Source: Antedon mediterranea
Lineage: Eukaryota > Animalia > Echinodermata
Assembly: GCF_964355755.1 (NCBI RefSeq)
Contig: NC_092676.1
Coordinates: 30,398,871-30,462,870, forward strand
DNA length: 64,000 nucleotides
Direction of reading: 5' to 3'
In this document: one piece after another, positions 39,801 to 50,963 of the stretch
How positions within the stretch are numbered: the first letter of the stretch is position 1
Layout of the letters: each line of letters begins with the position of its first letter
The notes under the pieces: generated by a model
Told to the model about the DNA's origin: nothing
Seen by the model: the letters and a program-made list of their open reading frames with translations, nothing else
The model's database searches: none
Position numbers and translations under genes: made by a program

Positions 39801-42800
39801 ATAAATACTACCTATCAAAAACGAAAAAACCATCAGGCCCAGTGTGTGTGTGTAATTTATATTGAATTTTTCGTTTTATTTCGTCTAATATGTAGGCCCT
39901 AGTCCTAACCGTACTGTGATGTTTTATTTATCTTGCCATTATAATATTATACAAATAATGAATGTTTATGAGTGTAATGGTACAAATAATGGCACGAGGT
40001 GAATGATGAAAGGTTATATCAACGAGGCGATGAGCCGAGTTGATATAACCTTTCATCATTCACCAAGTGCCATTATTTGTACCATTACACGAATACAAAA
40101 CATTCATTATTTGTTTTATATAACATCTAGACGTTTTTTTTTCGTACACAAAAATGTTTCAAAAAGTACTATTTAACGATCGTTAAATAGTACTTTTTGA
40201 AACATTTTTGTGTACGAAAAAAAAAACGTCTCGCGGATGAAAAAAAATCTAGTACACAAATTATCCTATGATATGGCTCTGTACTGTGAAATACAACAGC
40301 GCCACCTGTCGTCTGGTCTCAGTTTCATTTGTAAACACCACCGCGAGATATGCAACAGCAGCAGATATTTGTGTACGATTTGGACATTATGTACTAATTT
40401 CATTCAAAAAGGCATTTAAATTAGCTTTAGATCGTTTTTAGGATTTTGATTAATTAATGGGGACATCCCTACAAGACGTGGAATTGTTGGAAAAACCATA
40501 ATTAGCTTAGATAAGTTCCAATTGTCTGTCGAAGTTTTGCCTTTCAGCCAAGCTAGTACTACTAGGCTACTAGGCCTAGGGTAGCCTAGGCCATGCTAGT
40601 ATTAGGCTAGGCCTAGCCTAGGCGTTTTAGCCTTGCTAGGCCTAGGATTGTTTGGTCGTTTGTTGACATAATTAACACAAAAGTAAGGTGTGTTTACGAA
40701 ATCCATATAAATATAACATTTAATATAAAATTATTAAAAACCAAATGTTACTGTTTTTAATCAATGTGTGTGAATGAAATGTAGTAAGCTTTGGTTAGGG
40801 CTACCTTTTATTTGATTCAAATAACTAGAATTTATATAGATGTTATATAAAACAAATAATGAATGTTTTGTATTCGTGTAATGGTACAAATAATGGCACT
40901 TGGTGAATGATGAAAGGTTATATCAACTCGGCTCATCGCCTCGTTGATATAACCTTTCATCATTCACCTCGTGCCATTATTTGTACCATTACACTCATAA
41001 ACATTCATTATTTGTATACTATAGTAGCACTTTTTGCGTTCCATAGTTTGTAGAGGCCGAGTTGACGGATTAGTTTTTGGCCGAGTTGACGTGAGGCCGA
41101 GTTGACGTGAGGCCGAGTTGACGTGTGGCCGTGTTGACTTGGGGCCGACTTGACTTGGGCCGACTTGACGTGGGGCCGACTTGACTTTGGCCGAGATGGT
41201 TTAGGGCCGAGACGGTTTAGGGCCGAGTTGGATCGAATTCGTCCAAACTATAGAGGGTGATATAACATTTTGAAAAAATACATCAAACCATAGAGGGCGC
41301 TGTTAAATAAAAAATATTGGAATCTATAATTCGTAAACATGGGTGAGCTTGTCCGGAGCGGAGTGGAAATTATTTTTTTTTTTATGTTTATCCATGGGGA
41401 AGAATTGTATTTTATCGGGAGACTCGCGCGATTTAATCACGATAACTTGGAGGTCAGTCTGAACCTTCAGTTGTGTAACATAGTTTAATACATGCGGTTG
41501 AGTCCAACAACTAGGCTATTTTTCATTTGAAAAATTAAATTAAAATTTATAATTTCTTTTTCACCAATTTTTCAGATGAGAATTTTTTCTGGTATTCAAC
41601 CAACAGGTGTGCCACACATTGGAAATTATCTAGGTGCTATTAAACAATGGAAAGATTTACAGGAACAACATAGGCATGTGATGTATAGTATAGTTGATTT
41701 ACATTCTATTGCATTACCACAAGATCCAAAACAACTAAAGACCAGTATCTTGACGACGACTGCCATATTGCTTGCTTGTGGTATCGATCCAGAACGTAGT
41801 ATTCTATTCCAGCAATCGGCTGTAAGTCAAATCTTTTAATCGTGTTGTTTGGAGTTAACTAATATTCTATATTATTTATAGCCTTTTAAACTTTTTAGTT
41901 GGCGGATAACTCCTTGTTATTGTATGGGATCAATATTTTTTTCTGTATTATTATTCTTTCTTTCTCGCTATTTTTGTGCACCTCCTTTTTTGAAAGACGT
42001 CTGAGTTGCGCAACGTGACTTACGCGCTTTTATATGATTGCTCATAGATTAAAAACCAAGCGTAATTTTTTTTTGATACTTGGTGAAAATTTAAGTCATA
42101 TCAAGGTCAAACTTTCTACGGATTAAAAATGGCATGTTTCACAAGAAGTGAAATTTTAAATGAAATTTTACGCGTAAGGTGCGCACGGAGTATGAAAAAC
42201 ATTTTTCTCTTGAATTATATTTTTCAAGCCTTTCTTAGTAATTTTGAAAACAATGTAGACCTTTTCCACTTTAAATAACGCCATACGAACACGTTGAATT
42301 AGACAATTCGCGTGCGTTTTGAATGAAAAAGCTTAAAAAATCGTCAAAATAATGTCTTTTTTAAAACAGTCATAGTTTCTAAAGTAAACCGTGAACTGTT
42401 TATTTTTATTACAAAATCTAGAAGTTGATGAGTTGTAGATATCGGATCATGCATCAATAAGGCTAAACAAACATTGTGACATCATCGTATGGCCACCCGA
42501 ATATAAAATATAGAATCTTTGACTCTTTCGTTATTGCTCATAACATTCAATGGAGCGCATCCCGCTTATCTGTATTCTTTTTTCTCCGAGATTTTAATAT
42601 TGTCTAGGTCAATCAACTTTCGCATGAGATAAAAATATTTTAATTTTTATGACGTCATTATGCCTAACAATTTAAATTACGTGGGTCATTAATTTCATCT
42701 TTACAGTAAATTTTAATCTGTAATAGCTAGTAAGAATAAAATGTGATAATCACGATTAAAACATTTTCTGGAAGCTATTGGATTGTAGATATGAATTCAT

Positions 42801-44374
42801 GTAAACATTTTGCCAATCGGATATTGTGACATCATCATATGGCCACTTGACTTTAAAAGTTGTATTTTCATCTTTTGCGTCATAGTTCATTACATTTAGA
42901 AGAGCGCGCATCAATATTTCACGTATTCAAATTTCTTCTACACGTTAATATTTTGTTGTTGAGATAATTTCCTTCCGAAATTGCTACCTTTGCGTTTCAT
43001 TTTGATACCGTCGCCATGTTAAAAATTGGAATAAATAGCAAGTCCCGTAATTTCACCTATCTACTCTGTATGTGCTATGTATACAGATTATACTGTGTAT
43101 ACTATATGACACAAAATAACAGAATTCAGCAATAAAAACATATCATATTCTTCAGTTCAGGTCATAATGCCATAATCTTTTTCTGTGTGCAATATTCCAA
43201 TGTATGACGTGCACGTGGCGTTTGTGGTGCGGATAACTAACTCGTCTAAGTGACGAGTTTCATGTCTAGTTAAAATTGTTTTTACAGGTAAAAGAGCATG
43301 CAGAGTTAGCCTGGGTGCTTGGGTGTAAAATTACACTGGCTAGACTGAATTCTTTTACACAGTGGAAGGTAAATGCAAGGAGCATTATTTTGTTTTTACT
43401 ATTGTTGAGGACGCTGTGCATTCAAAAAGTCCTTACATGAAGTTGCTGCTTTTGTGGGTGAATGCATCTTTTAATTAATGTATTATATTATTATAATTAG
43501 CTTTACCTTTATTATTGTGTAATTTACCTTCGGGTTTTATTTGTCTAGGCTAAAGTTGGTTCAGACAAGAAAAAAGCATGTGTTGGTTTGTTCACCTATC
43601 CAGTATTACAAAGTGCTGATATTTTATTGTACAAGTAAGTTAATGTTAGAATATCATTTGTACTTTAGTACCCATATCACCTGCTTATACTCTGAGACTG
43701 ACAATCTTGAAATCTGTGACAGGTCAACACATGTTCCTGTTGGTGATGACCAAAAACAGCACTTGGAAATGGCTCAAGAAGTTGCCAGGATATTTAACAA
43801 CAACTATGGTGAATTCTTTCCAATTCCAAAGCCAATTTTTGGTAAGTTTTAGTTTGTTGATCCAATTGGTAATGGTGATTTATATCGTTCTAAAAAATGA
43901 AGACTTTAAATATTTTTTTTTTCAGGTAATGTTACAAAAGTTAAAAGTTTAAGAGATCCAACGATTAAGATGAGTAAATCTGACGACCAGATGTTATCAC
44001 GTATTGAACTGTTAGACACTCATGACCAAATAGTAAAGAAATTAAAAAAAGCTGTTACAGATTTTACGTCTGAAGTGACATATGACCCACAGTCTCGGCC
44101 AGGTGTATCAAATATTGTAATGATACATTCCGCTGTGAGTGGAAAAACAGTTGAAGACATTTGCAATGAAGTGAAAGGACTTGAAACAGCTGAATATAAG
44201 TTAGTTGTTGCAGAGGCTGTCAATGCATTTATTGAACCAATAAGATACAAAGTATCATCATTATTACAAGACAAAGAGTACTTGCAAGATGTTTTAAAAA
44301 CTGGAGCTGATAAAGCCCGTGAAATTGCAGAGAAAAACTACAATGATGTAAAACAACTTGTGGGTTTTATTTGA
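24898..44374 (+). CDS. WARS2: Tryptophan--tRNA ligase, mitochondrial
   Basis: Exons 24898-25005 (basic presequence [16 protein letters not shown]..., phase 0, inferred), 41576-41821, 43288-43368, 43549-43634, 43723-43841 and 43926-44374. Motifs [29 protein letters not shown] and KMSKS. Confidence 0.92.
25333..27069. mobile_element. MULE/foldback-like element with about 320-bp TIRs and 10-bp TSD
   Basis: GGGTGTGTAGAAAGCGACGACC / GGTCGTCGCTTTCTACACACCC, flanked by AGGCAGGAAA on both sides. Confidence 0.9.
25843..26619. mobile_element. Nested TIR element (imperfect TIRs, TSD of about 7-9 bp with CCCATGC core)
   Basis: AGGATTAGGCCAAGTTGAGCTGCCGACAA versus inverted TTGTCGGCGGCCCAACCGGTCATATCCT, with CCCATGC on both sides. 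Confidence 0.7.
27132..27945. mobile_element. CGC-ended MITE with about 150-bp TIRs and 9-bp TSD TTTCCTTTT (copy 1)
   Basis: CGCTGTGGCTAAAGATACGGTACC ... GGTACCGTATCTTTAGCCACGGCG; paralog at 52963. Confidence 0.92.
28055..28804. mobile_element. CGC-ended MITE with about 80-bp TIRs and 9-bp TSD AACAATAAA
   Basis: CGCCGTGGTTAGGATTCCGGCACCGG ... CCGGTGCCGGAATCCTAACCACAGCG. Confidence 0.92.
29947..32400 (-). mobile_element. 5'-truncated non-LTR retrotransposon (CR1/L2 group) with RT ORF2
   Basis: The 532-aa ORF at 30193-31791 has [28 protein letters not shown] and FADD. Upstream ORF2 has one in-frame TGA (32130) and one frameshift (about 31800). A (TTGAA)n tail lies near 29950-29967. Confidence 0.93.
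34081..36382 (+). mobile_element. 3' fragment of a CR1-like LINE, split by a Helitron
   Basis: [28 protein letters not shown] and IEKIQRRA, continuing to RLWNALP after the Helitron; (AAAAT)n tail. Confidence 0.85.
34545..35951 (-). mobile_element. Non-autonomous Helitron
   Basis: On the - strand it starts TC and ends CTAG, has the subterminal hairpin ACCCGCCC-nn-GGGCGGGT (34556-34573), and sits between A and T with no TSD. Removing it restores the LINE frame (ILY-KLQ). Confidence 0.92.
37212..37880 (+). mobile_element. Non-autonomous Helentron/DINE-like element
   Basis: Subterminal IR TACCTCCGCC / GGCGGAGGTA, (GTTT)n microsatellite, 3' hairpin CACTCTCGGAGTG and CTAGTT end. Confidence 0.85.
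38130..38807 (+). mobile_element. Internally deleted PIF/Harbinger element with transposase remnant
   Basis: TIR AGGGGCAT / ATGCCCCT with TAA/TTA flanks. The remnant [20 protein letters not shown]...[11 protein letters not shown] is typical of Harbinger transposase N-termini. Confidence 0.85.
39205..39705 (-). mobile_element. 3' fragment of a Rex1/Babar-like LINE
   Basis: [40 protein letters not shown], with an (ATCTT)n tail. Confidence 0.8.
39948..41018. mobile_element. Element whose ~180-bp inverted ends are themselves palindromes, inserted at TA/TATA
   Basis: Each end folds around GAGGCGATGAGCCGAG, and the two ends are near-perfect reverse complements. It interrupts the right arm of 33162-41240. 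Confidence 0.85.
41891..43271 (+). mobile_element. Helentron-like non-autonomous element in WARS2 intron 2
   Basis: GCGGATAACT near both ends, 3' hairpin AACTCGTC-taagt-GACGAGTT followed by CTAGTT, and an internal diverged duplication. Confidence 0.65.
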
Positions 44375-44463
44375 TACTGTTGGTCCACTACAACAACTAC
44401 AAATGAGGTGAGTTTTTTATATTTGGTTTTGGAATTCACAAATTAATCTTGTATGTAAATGTT

Positions 44464-44520
44464 GGTGGTAAGTGGCCGAGCGGTTAAGACAGTGGAACCG
44501 TAATTACGTAGCCATAACTA
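44464..44520 (+). mobile_element. tRNA-derived SINE head fragment
   Basis: A-box-like TGGCCGAGCGGTTAAG with no complete cloverleaf. Confidence 0.5.
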
Positions 44521-44908
44521 TTTCTATACCATGAACTGTTCTTGTGTGCAACTCCCCTCTCCCACCCATTTACCCTGATGAATATAAAATGAAATATAAA
44601 TAATACATGTGTTAGTTATCAAAAATAATATCAACATTTCATCGCTTCTTAAAAGGAGTGGTTTGACCTTGTTTAAAGGGAGATTAATATTAATTCAAAT
44701 CTAATTCATAAGGTTGTCAAAATTAAGATAAAGATCTGCATTTCTACCAAGGTTATTGAGAACTTTAAAATCTACAGATTTATAATATTGTGCGTTTATT
44801 TTTTAAGATTTTTGATTTAGTCCGACATTCCTTTTTTTTCAGTGAAAGCTTGAATGTGGAGCGCAGAGGAGACACAGAACACTGTTGCCAAAAGTTGCGT
44901 CTCTCTAA

Positions 44909-45087
44909 AGCTTGGTTCCCACTAGAACGTAACGCAAGGACGTAAACGCAACGCAAGCGTTTTAACCAATAACAAGCGAAGTTATAGACAGTTAGCAATC
45001 ACAAGCGAATAAGTCATTGCTTGTGATTGGTCAATTCATTTGTGTTGTGTTACGTCCTTGCGTTGCGTCGCTAGTGGGAACCACGCT
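44909..45087. mobile_element. Harbinger/Tourist-like MITE with TAA TSD
   Basis: AGCTTGGTTCCCACTAG / CTAGTGGGAACCACGCT flanked by TAA. Confidence 0.85.
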
Positions 45088-45772
45088 TAACTAATAATAA
45101 AAATTTTAAAAATATGTAAAATTTAAATCTGTACAGATTTGGAGCATATGGAGAAAAATATTGATAAACTATATCCAGAGCTGAAATATTGCATGTAGTA
45201 TACCTATGTTGTTTAATTGTATACTGAAAAAAGCAAATATTAATTAGAGATGATTGAATAAATAAACAAACGAAATGAACCAATATTGCCGTTTAAGAGC
45301 AATGTATATTATTATAGTATATAGTATCCACCCAATTCACATCACCACTTTTGATTGAGTTTGTGTCCATTTTACTTCCCACTTTTTTGTTTATGATTGA
45401 CTTTTACTTCCTTTTGACTCTGAAGAATTAGTCCAATAATCCTTTTGATATCATCTTCATTCAAAACGGTAGTAATTAAATCAAGGATGAATCCGGGATC
45501 TGTTAATAAATACATCTACACCCAACCCTGTGATTAATTGCATCAGTTATACTGTGCGTGGCAACATATACCTGCTAGGCCATATAACCAGAAGTTTGCT
45601 TTATTATCAAGTGCAACACTCAGTTCTTGGTAAGTAGTGTTACTTAAGTTTTACTTCACCACTTTGAGACTATTCAAACATAATAAGTTTTTATGGCAGA
45701 AAGTTACAGAAGTAACTAAGGTGCAGCAAGACGACACACTAACTTGTTTTCCTTGCCTCACATTACAGAGCG

Positions 45773-48700
45773 ATGGATACCAAATTGATCCTGGTTGTTT
45801 TTGGAATGTTTGCGGTAATCAATGCAGGTATGTTGTGTTAATCAACCATTGCGGCTTCCATTCTCTTATATGACTACTGTATAAACATGGTCAAACTATA
45901 CTGTATATGCTAAATAGGTAGGAAGAAATATAAGAACAAATGCATTGATGTAACCCTAACCCCAACTATACTGTATATGCTAAATAGGTAGGAAGAAATA
46001 TAAGAACAAATGCATTGATGTAACCCTAACCCTAACTATACTGTATATGCTAAATAGGTAGGAAGAAATATAAGAACAAATGCATTGATGTAACCCTAAC
46101 CCTAACTATACTGTATATGCTAAATAGGTAGGAAGAAATATAAGAACAAATGCATTGATGTTATGTTTCCTTTCCTTATATTTTTTAATGTCGCTGTACA
46201 AAAGGTATTTATAAAGTTATTGGTATTTAAGATAACCTTCTTGGTATTTACAGCCCAATGGACACCCTGGTTTGACCGAGACAATCCATCCGGTACTGGA
46301 GACTGGGAAACTGTGGGCAGTTTGTACAGCGTAAGTGAATTGTCTACGTCTACTTGGTTCTAATACTGTACCATCCTTGCTAATACTTATACAGTATTAG
46401 AAATGTCACACCACACTGTCACAGAGTATGTACATTGTAAAAATAAGTATAAATATAATGTTTTATGTATATTATTATAAGTATAAATATAATGCTGTAT
46501 GTTGTTGATTTCAGGAGAATCCAAATCAAATGTGTCAGAATCCAACAGGCATTCAATGTCAAACTACTAGTGGTGCACATTACACTTCTACTGGAGAGGT
46601 TGTCAGTTGTAGCGCTAGTACTGGTCTTGTTTGTAGGAATGCTGACCAACCTGACAACTATTGTCAGGATTACAGAGTTCGCTTCCTATGTTCAAGTTAG
46701 TAACCCTATAGCTTAACGTAAAGCTTCCTATGTCTAGGTTAGTACTCCTATAGCTTAACGTAAAGCTTCCTATGTCCAGGTTAGTACTCCTATAGCTTAA
46801 CGTAAAGCTTCCTATGTCCAGGTTAGTACTCCTATAGCTTAACGTAAAGCTTCCTATGTCCAGGTTAGTACTCCTATAGCTTAACGTAAAGCTTCCTATG
46901 TCCAGGTTAGTACTCCTATAGCTTAACGTAAAGCTTCCTATGTCCAGGTTAGTACTCCTATAGCTTAACGTAAAGCTTCCTATGTCCAGGTTATTAGTAC
47001 TCCTATAGCTTAACGTAAAGCTTCCTATGTCCAGGTTAGTACCCCTATAGCTTAACGTAAAGCTTCCTATGTCCAGGTTAGTACTCCTATAGCTTAACGT
47101 AAAGCTTCCTATGTCTAGGTTAGTACTCCTATAGCTTAACGTAAAGCTTCCTTTGTTCAGGTTAGTACTCCTATAGCTTAATGTAAAGCTTCCTTTGTTC
47201 AGGTTAGTACTCCTATAGCTTAACGTAAAGCTTCCTATGTCCAGGTTCGTACTCCTATAGCTTAACGTAAAGCTTCCTATGTCCAGGTTAGTACTCTTAT
47301 AGCTTAACGTAAAGCTTCCTATGTCCAGGTTAGTACTCCTATAGCTTAACGTAAAGCTTCCTATGTCCAGGTTAGTACTCCTATAGCTTAACGTAAAGCT
47401 TCCTATGTCCAGGTTAGTACTCCTATAGCTTAACGTAAAGCTTCCTATGTCCAGGTTATTAGTACTCCTATAGCTTAACGTAAAGCTTCCTATGTCCAGG
47501 TTAGTACCCCTATAGCTTAACGTAAAGCTTCCTATGTCCAGGTTAGTACTCCTATAGCTTAACGTAAAGCTTCCTATGTCCAGGTTAGTACTCCTATAGC
47601 TTAACGTAAAGCTTCCTATGTCCAGGTTTAGTACTCCTATAGCTTAACGTAAAGCTTCCTATGTCTAGGTTAGTACTCCTATAGCTTAACGTAAAGCTTC
47701 CTATGTCCAGGTTAGTACTCCTATAGCTTAACGTAAAGCTTCCTATGTCCTGGTTAATTCTACTATAGCTTAACGTAAAGCTTCCTATGTCCAGGTTAGT
47801 ACTCCTATAGCTTAACGTAAAGCTTCCTATGTCCTGGTTAGTACTCCTATAGCTTAACGTAAAGCTTCCTATGTCCAGGTTAGTACTCCTATAGCTTAAC
47901 GTAAAACTTCCTATGCTCAAGTTAGTACTCCTATAGCTTAACGTAAAGCTTCCTATGTCCAGGTTAGTACTCCTATAGCTTAACGTAAAGCTTCCTATGT
48001 TCAGGTTAGTACCTCTATAACTTAACGTAAAGCTTCCTATGTCCAGGTTAGTACTCCTATAGCTTAACGTAAAGCTTCCTATGTCCAGGTTAGTACTCCT
48101 ATAGCTTAACGTAAAGCTTCCTATGTCCAGGTTAGTACTCCTATAGCTTAACGTAAAGCTTCCTATGTCCAGGTTAGTACTCCTATAGCTTAACGTAAAG
48201 CTTCCTATGTCCAGGTTAGTACTCCTATAGCTTAACGTAAAGCTTCCTATGTCCAGGTTAGTACTCCTATATAGCTTAACGTAAAGCTTCCTGATGGTGG
48301 TATTAATAGTACTTAAAATAATTCTATACTGTGTGTTATTTACAGAATACCAATGGACACCCTGGTTTGATCGAGACAATCCATCCGGTAGTGGAGACTG
48401 GGAAACTGTGAGCAGTTTATACAACGTAAGTGAATTTAGAACTAATGTTCTTTGCCTGTCGTGTTTATATATTATATTCATGAAATGTATTATTTGAAAC
48501 TCGTACTTACTTTTTTAATAGCTTATTCATTTGTTTTATTATTGATTGAAAGAAAGAAAATAAATGTTTACGTTGAATTGAATTGAATTGTCTATATCTA
48601 CTTGGTTCTAATACCATCCTTGCTAATACTTAATTAAAAAGGTCACAGAATATGTACATTGTAAACATAAGTATAAATATAATGCTGTATGTTGTTGATT

Positions 48701-49062
48701 TCAGGAGAATCCAAATCAAATGTGTCAGCATCCAGCTACCATTCAATGTCAAACTACTGGTGGTGCACATTACACTTCTACTGGAGAGGTTGTCAGTTGT
48801 AGCGCTAGTACTGGTCTTGTTTGTAAGAATGCAGACCAACCTGACAACTATTGTCAGGATTACAGAGTTCGCTTCCTATGTCCAGGTTAGTAGCTTAGGC
48901 CAACAATTTACAGTAAGGTATCACAGTATGTGATTAAAGATAGTAGGCCCTATTGTATAGATGATATGACATCCTCTTTGTATTAAAAACACATTTAGTA
49001 TGGTATATAAATCCCCTATTTATTTAGTTATCTAAACATAGTAATTTTTTTTTATAGCATAA
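45773..49062 (+). CDS. Small secreted protein with two WxxW (mucin CysD/CILP-type) domains, about 192 aa
   Basis: Exons 45773-45827 (signal peptide), 46254-46330, 46515-46695, 48346-48425, 48705-48885 and 49058-49062. WTPWFDRDNPSG.GDWE...C...GLVC.NADQ...CQDYRVRFLC occurs twice. Confidence 0.88.
45894..46161 (+). repeat. 70-bp intronic tandem repeat (about 3.8 copies) containing TAACCCTAACCC
   Basis: Units start at 45894, 45964, 46034 and 46104. Confidence 0.9.
46681..48292 (+). repeat. 42-bp tandem array (about 38 copies) containing the exon end and splice donor of the WxxW gene
   Basis: Unit GCTTCCTATGTCCAG|GTTAGTACTCCTATAGCTTAACGTAAA. Confidence 0.95.
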
Positions 49063-49362
49063 CTAATGACGTGTTGGTGGTGACATCGTGTGAGGCAAAA
49101 AGAACATCTGAGTCAGCTGCTCTATTATTTTAGTTAGTTACTGGTCTTCTTTGGCCAAATTAATTAACAAAATTAAATAATAATAATGAAAAACTAAGTA
49201 ATAACAAACAGTGTTAAAGAGCTGTATTGTGGGCTAATTAAATTTCATTTGTCAAAAAAACAACAGTGCTATTGTATTTTTTTTTCATTTGTTTAAATAC
49301 ATTTGCTTTTTCAAGTAACAAATTCCTAAATCAATCATCCAGGGAACTAGTCGACACCTCTG

Positions 49363-49911
49363 GGGCGGATTGCTATAAGCGGTCTATAAATGGTCTTAGC
49401 GCATAGACGGCTATAATTTGTGACGTAGCAAGTAGTCTTTATTATAGACCATTGCTTTACCGCGGTCTAACCTGTAAACGGTCTTTAAAATTAAAGCCTA
49501 CTCGAAGGAGTCTTAAAACAGTCTTAACCTCTCTTTTTGTTGCTTATACGTATTATTGATCGTGAAAGACAACCAATTTAACGAGTTTTAAGTGTTAAAT
49601 CAAATATTAACCGTGATTTGATTCTTATATAGGCCTAGTAGAATAGATTTTCTCGCGTATAAATGTACGTACTGTTATGATTGTGAATTGAACAAGCATG
49701 ACGAACATTACCTTATTTTGGTATTCTATGCATAAAATACGCCCTCAATTTGTTACTGTACAAGCTCAATTTACTTTAGGCGATCTTAGTTAAGACTGTT
49801 TTATGGCAATGGTCTAACAGGGGTGGCTATATAAGACCATCTATCTGATAAAGCCGGCTTTAATCGGGGAGTTAACACTATCAGTTAAGACTGTTTTATA
49901 GCAATCCGCCC
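49363..49911. mobile_element. Harbinger-like MITE with CTG TSD
   Basis: GGGCGGATTGCTATAA / TTATAGCAATCCGCCC flanked by CTG. Confidence 0.8.
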
Positions 49912-50480
49912 CTGGTTTCAATCATCCCTGTCAAAGCCAAATTACATGGGCTAGGACGATCCAGGCTTTATTAAAACAGATCTCCTTAATGCAATTTGGT
50001 TTTCTGTGGGGTGCACTGTCCAAAAAACTGACATGCTATAATATAAAATGATTTGTTGCGAGGAAACAAATTGCAGAGGATACAGCAGGGATGGGAAGCC
50101 TTTTCTTTTGGTATATCACTCAGAATTTTAAAATTAAATAAGACAATAAATGACAACATTTCAGAACCATGGTGGAACAGCATTTTGAAGAATAAATTAG
50201 TTGCCATAGATGAAGGAAAATTAAGGGTTTACCTGATTGGCTGTTCGTCCAGTCACATGACTAACAAAACAGTAACTTTGCAGTGCCTGCTCATTACATA
50301 ATATTCTAAATGTAGGAATCATATATTTCATGGTGTGGTTATTCAATTTTATTTCAGACAAACTGTATGATACATTAGTGTAACAACCACAAAAAAATGT
50401 GAGAGGACCAAGAACATAGTGCCTCTCTATTTATTTTAATACATTTAAGAATCCATCAATATAGACCTATTTATATAAAT

Positions 50481-50955
50481 TTATATTATTATAATTAGCT
50501 TTACCTTATTGTGTGGTTAATCAGGTTTTATTTGTCTAGGCTAAAGTTTTTCAGACAAGAAAAAAGCATCATCATATCAGTTGTTCTTGAGTACTTGCTT
50601 GCTTATACTCCTTGTGACTGACAATCTTGAAATCTGTGACACAGTCAACACATGTTCCTGTTGGTGATGACCAAAACAGCACTTGGAAATGACTCAAGAA
50701 GTGGCCAGGATATTTAACAACAACTATGGCGAATTCTTCCCAATTCCAAAGCCAATTTTTCGTAAGTTTTGTGGATTTATTAAACAATTGATCCAAATGG
50801 TGATCGATTTATATCATTTTAAAAAACGAAGACTTTAAATGGTTTTTTTTTTTTCAGGTAATGTTACAAAAGTTAAAAGTTTTAGAGATCCAATAATTAA
50901 GATGAGTAAATCTGACGATCAGGTGTTGTCATATATTGAACTGTTAGACACTCCG
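50481..50955 (+). pseudogene. WARS2: Partial genomic duplicate of WARS2 (exons 4-6 with introns), disrupted
   Basis: Matches about 43483-44020, with exon 4 partly deleted, a frameshift (GACCAAAACAG) and an altered acceptor. 51775-52120 also matches WARS2 3' sequence at about 44523-44850. Confidence 0.9.
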
Positions 50956-50963
50956 GATCATCC

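Larger units (their letters stand above)
33162..41240. mobile_element. Foldback/Phantom-like TIR element with 15-bp subterminal repeats (GGCCTCACGTCAACT) and 8-bp TSD, holding nested insertions
   Basis: GTCCAAAC at 33154-33161 and 41241-41248; inverted arrays at 33170-33465 and 41055-41230. Confidence 0.88.

Noticed and set aside
44464-44520. tRNA gene
   Set aside because: Only the A-box/D-arm-like part is present, with no T-arm or acceptor stem; it is better explained as a SINE head.
47594-48481. 295-aa ORF of repeated RSTNLDIGSFTLSY
   Set aside because: It is an antisense reading of the 42-bp intronic array.
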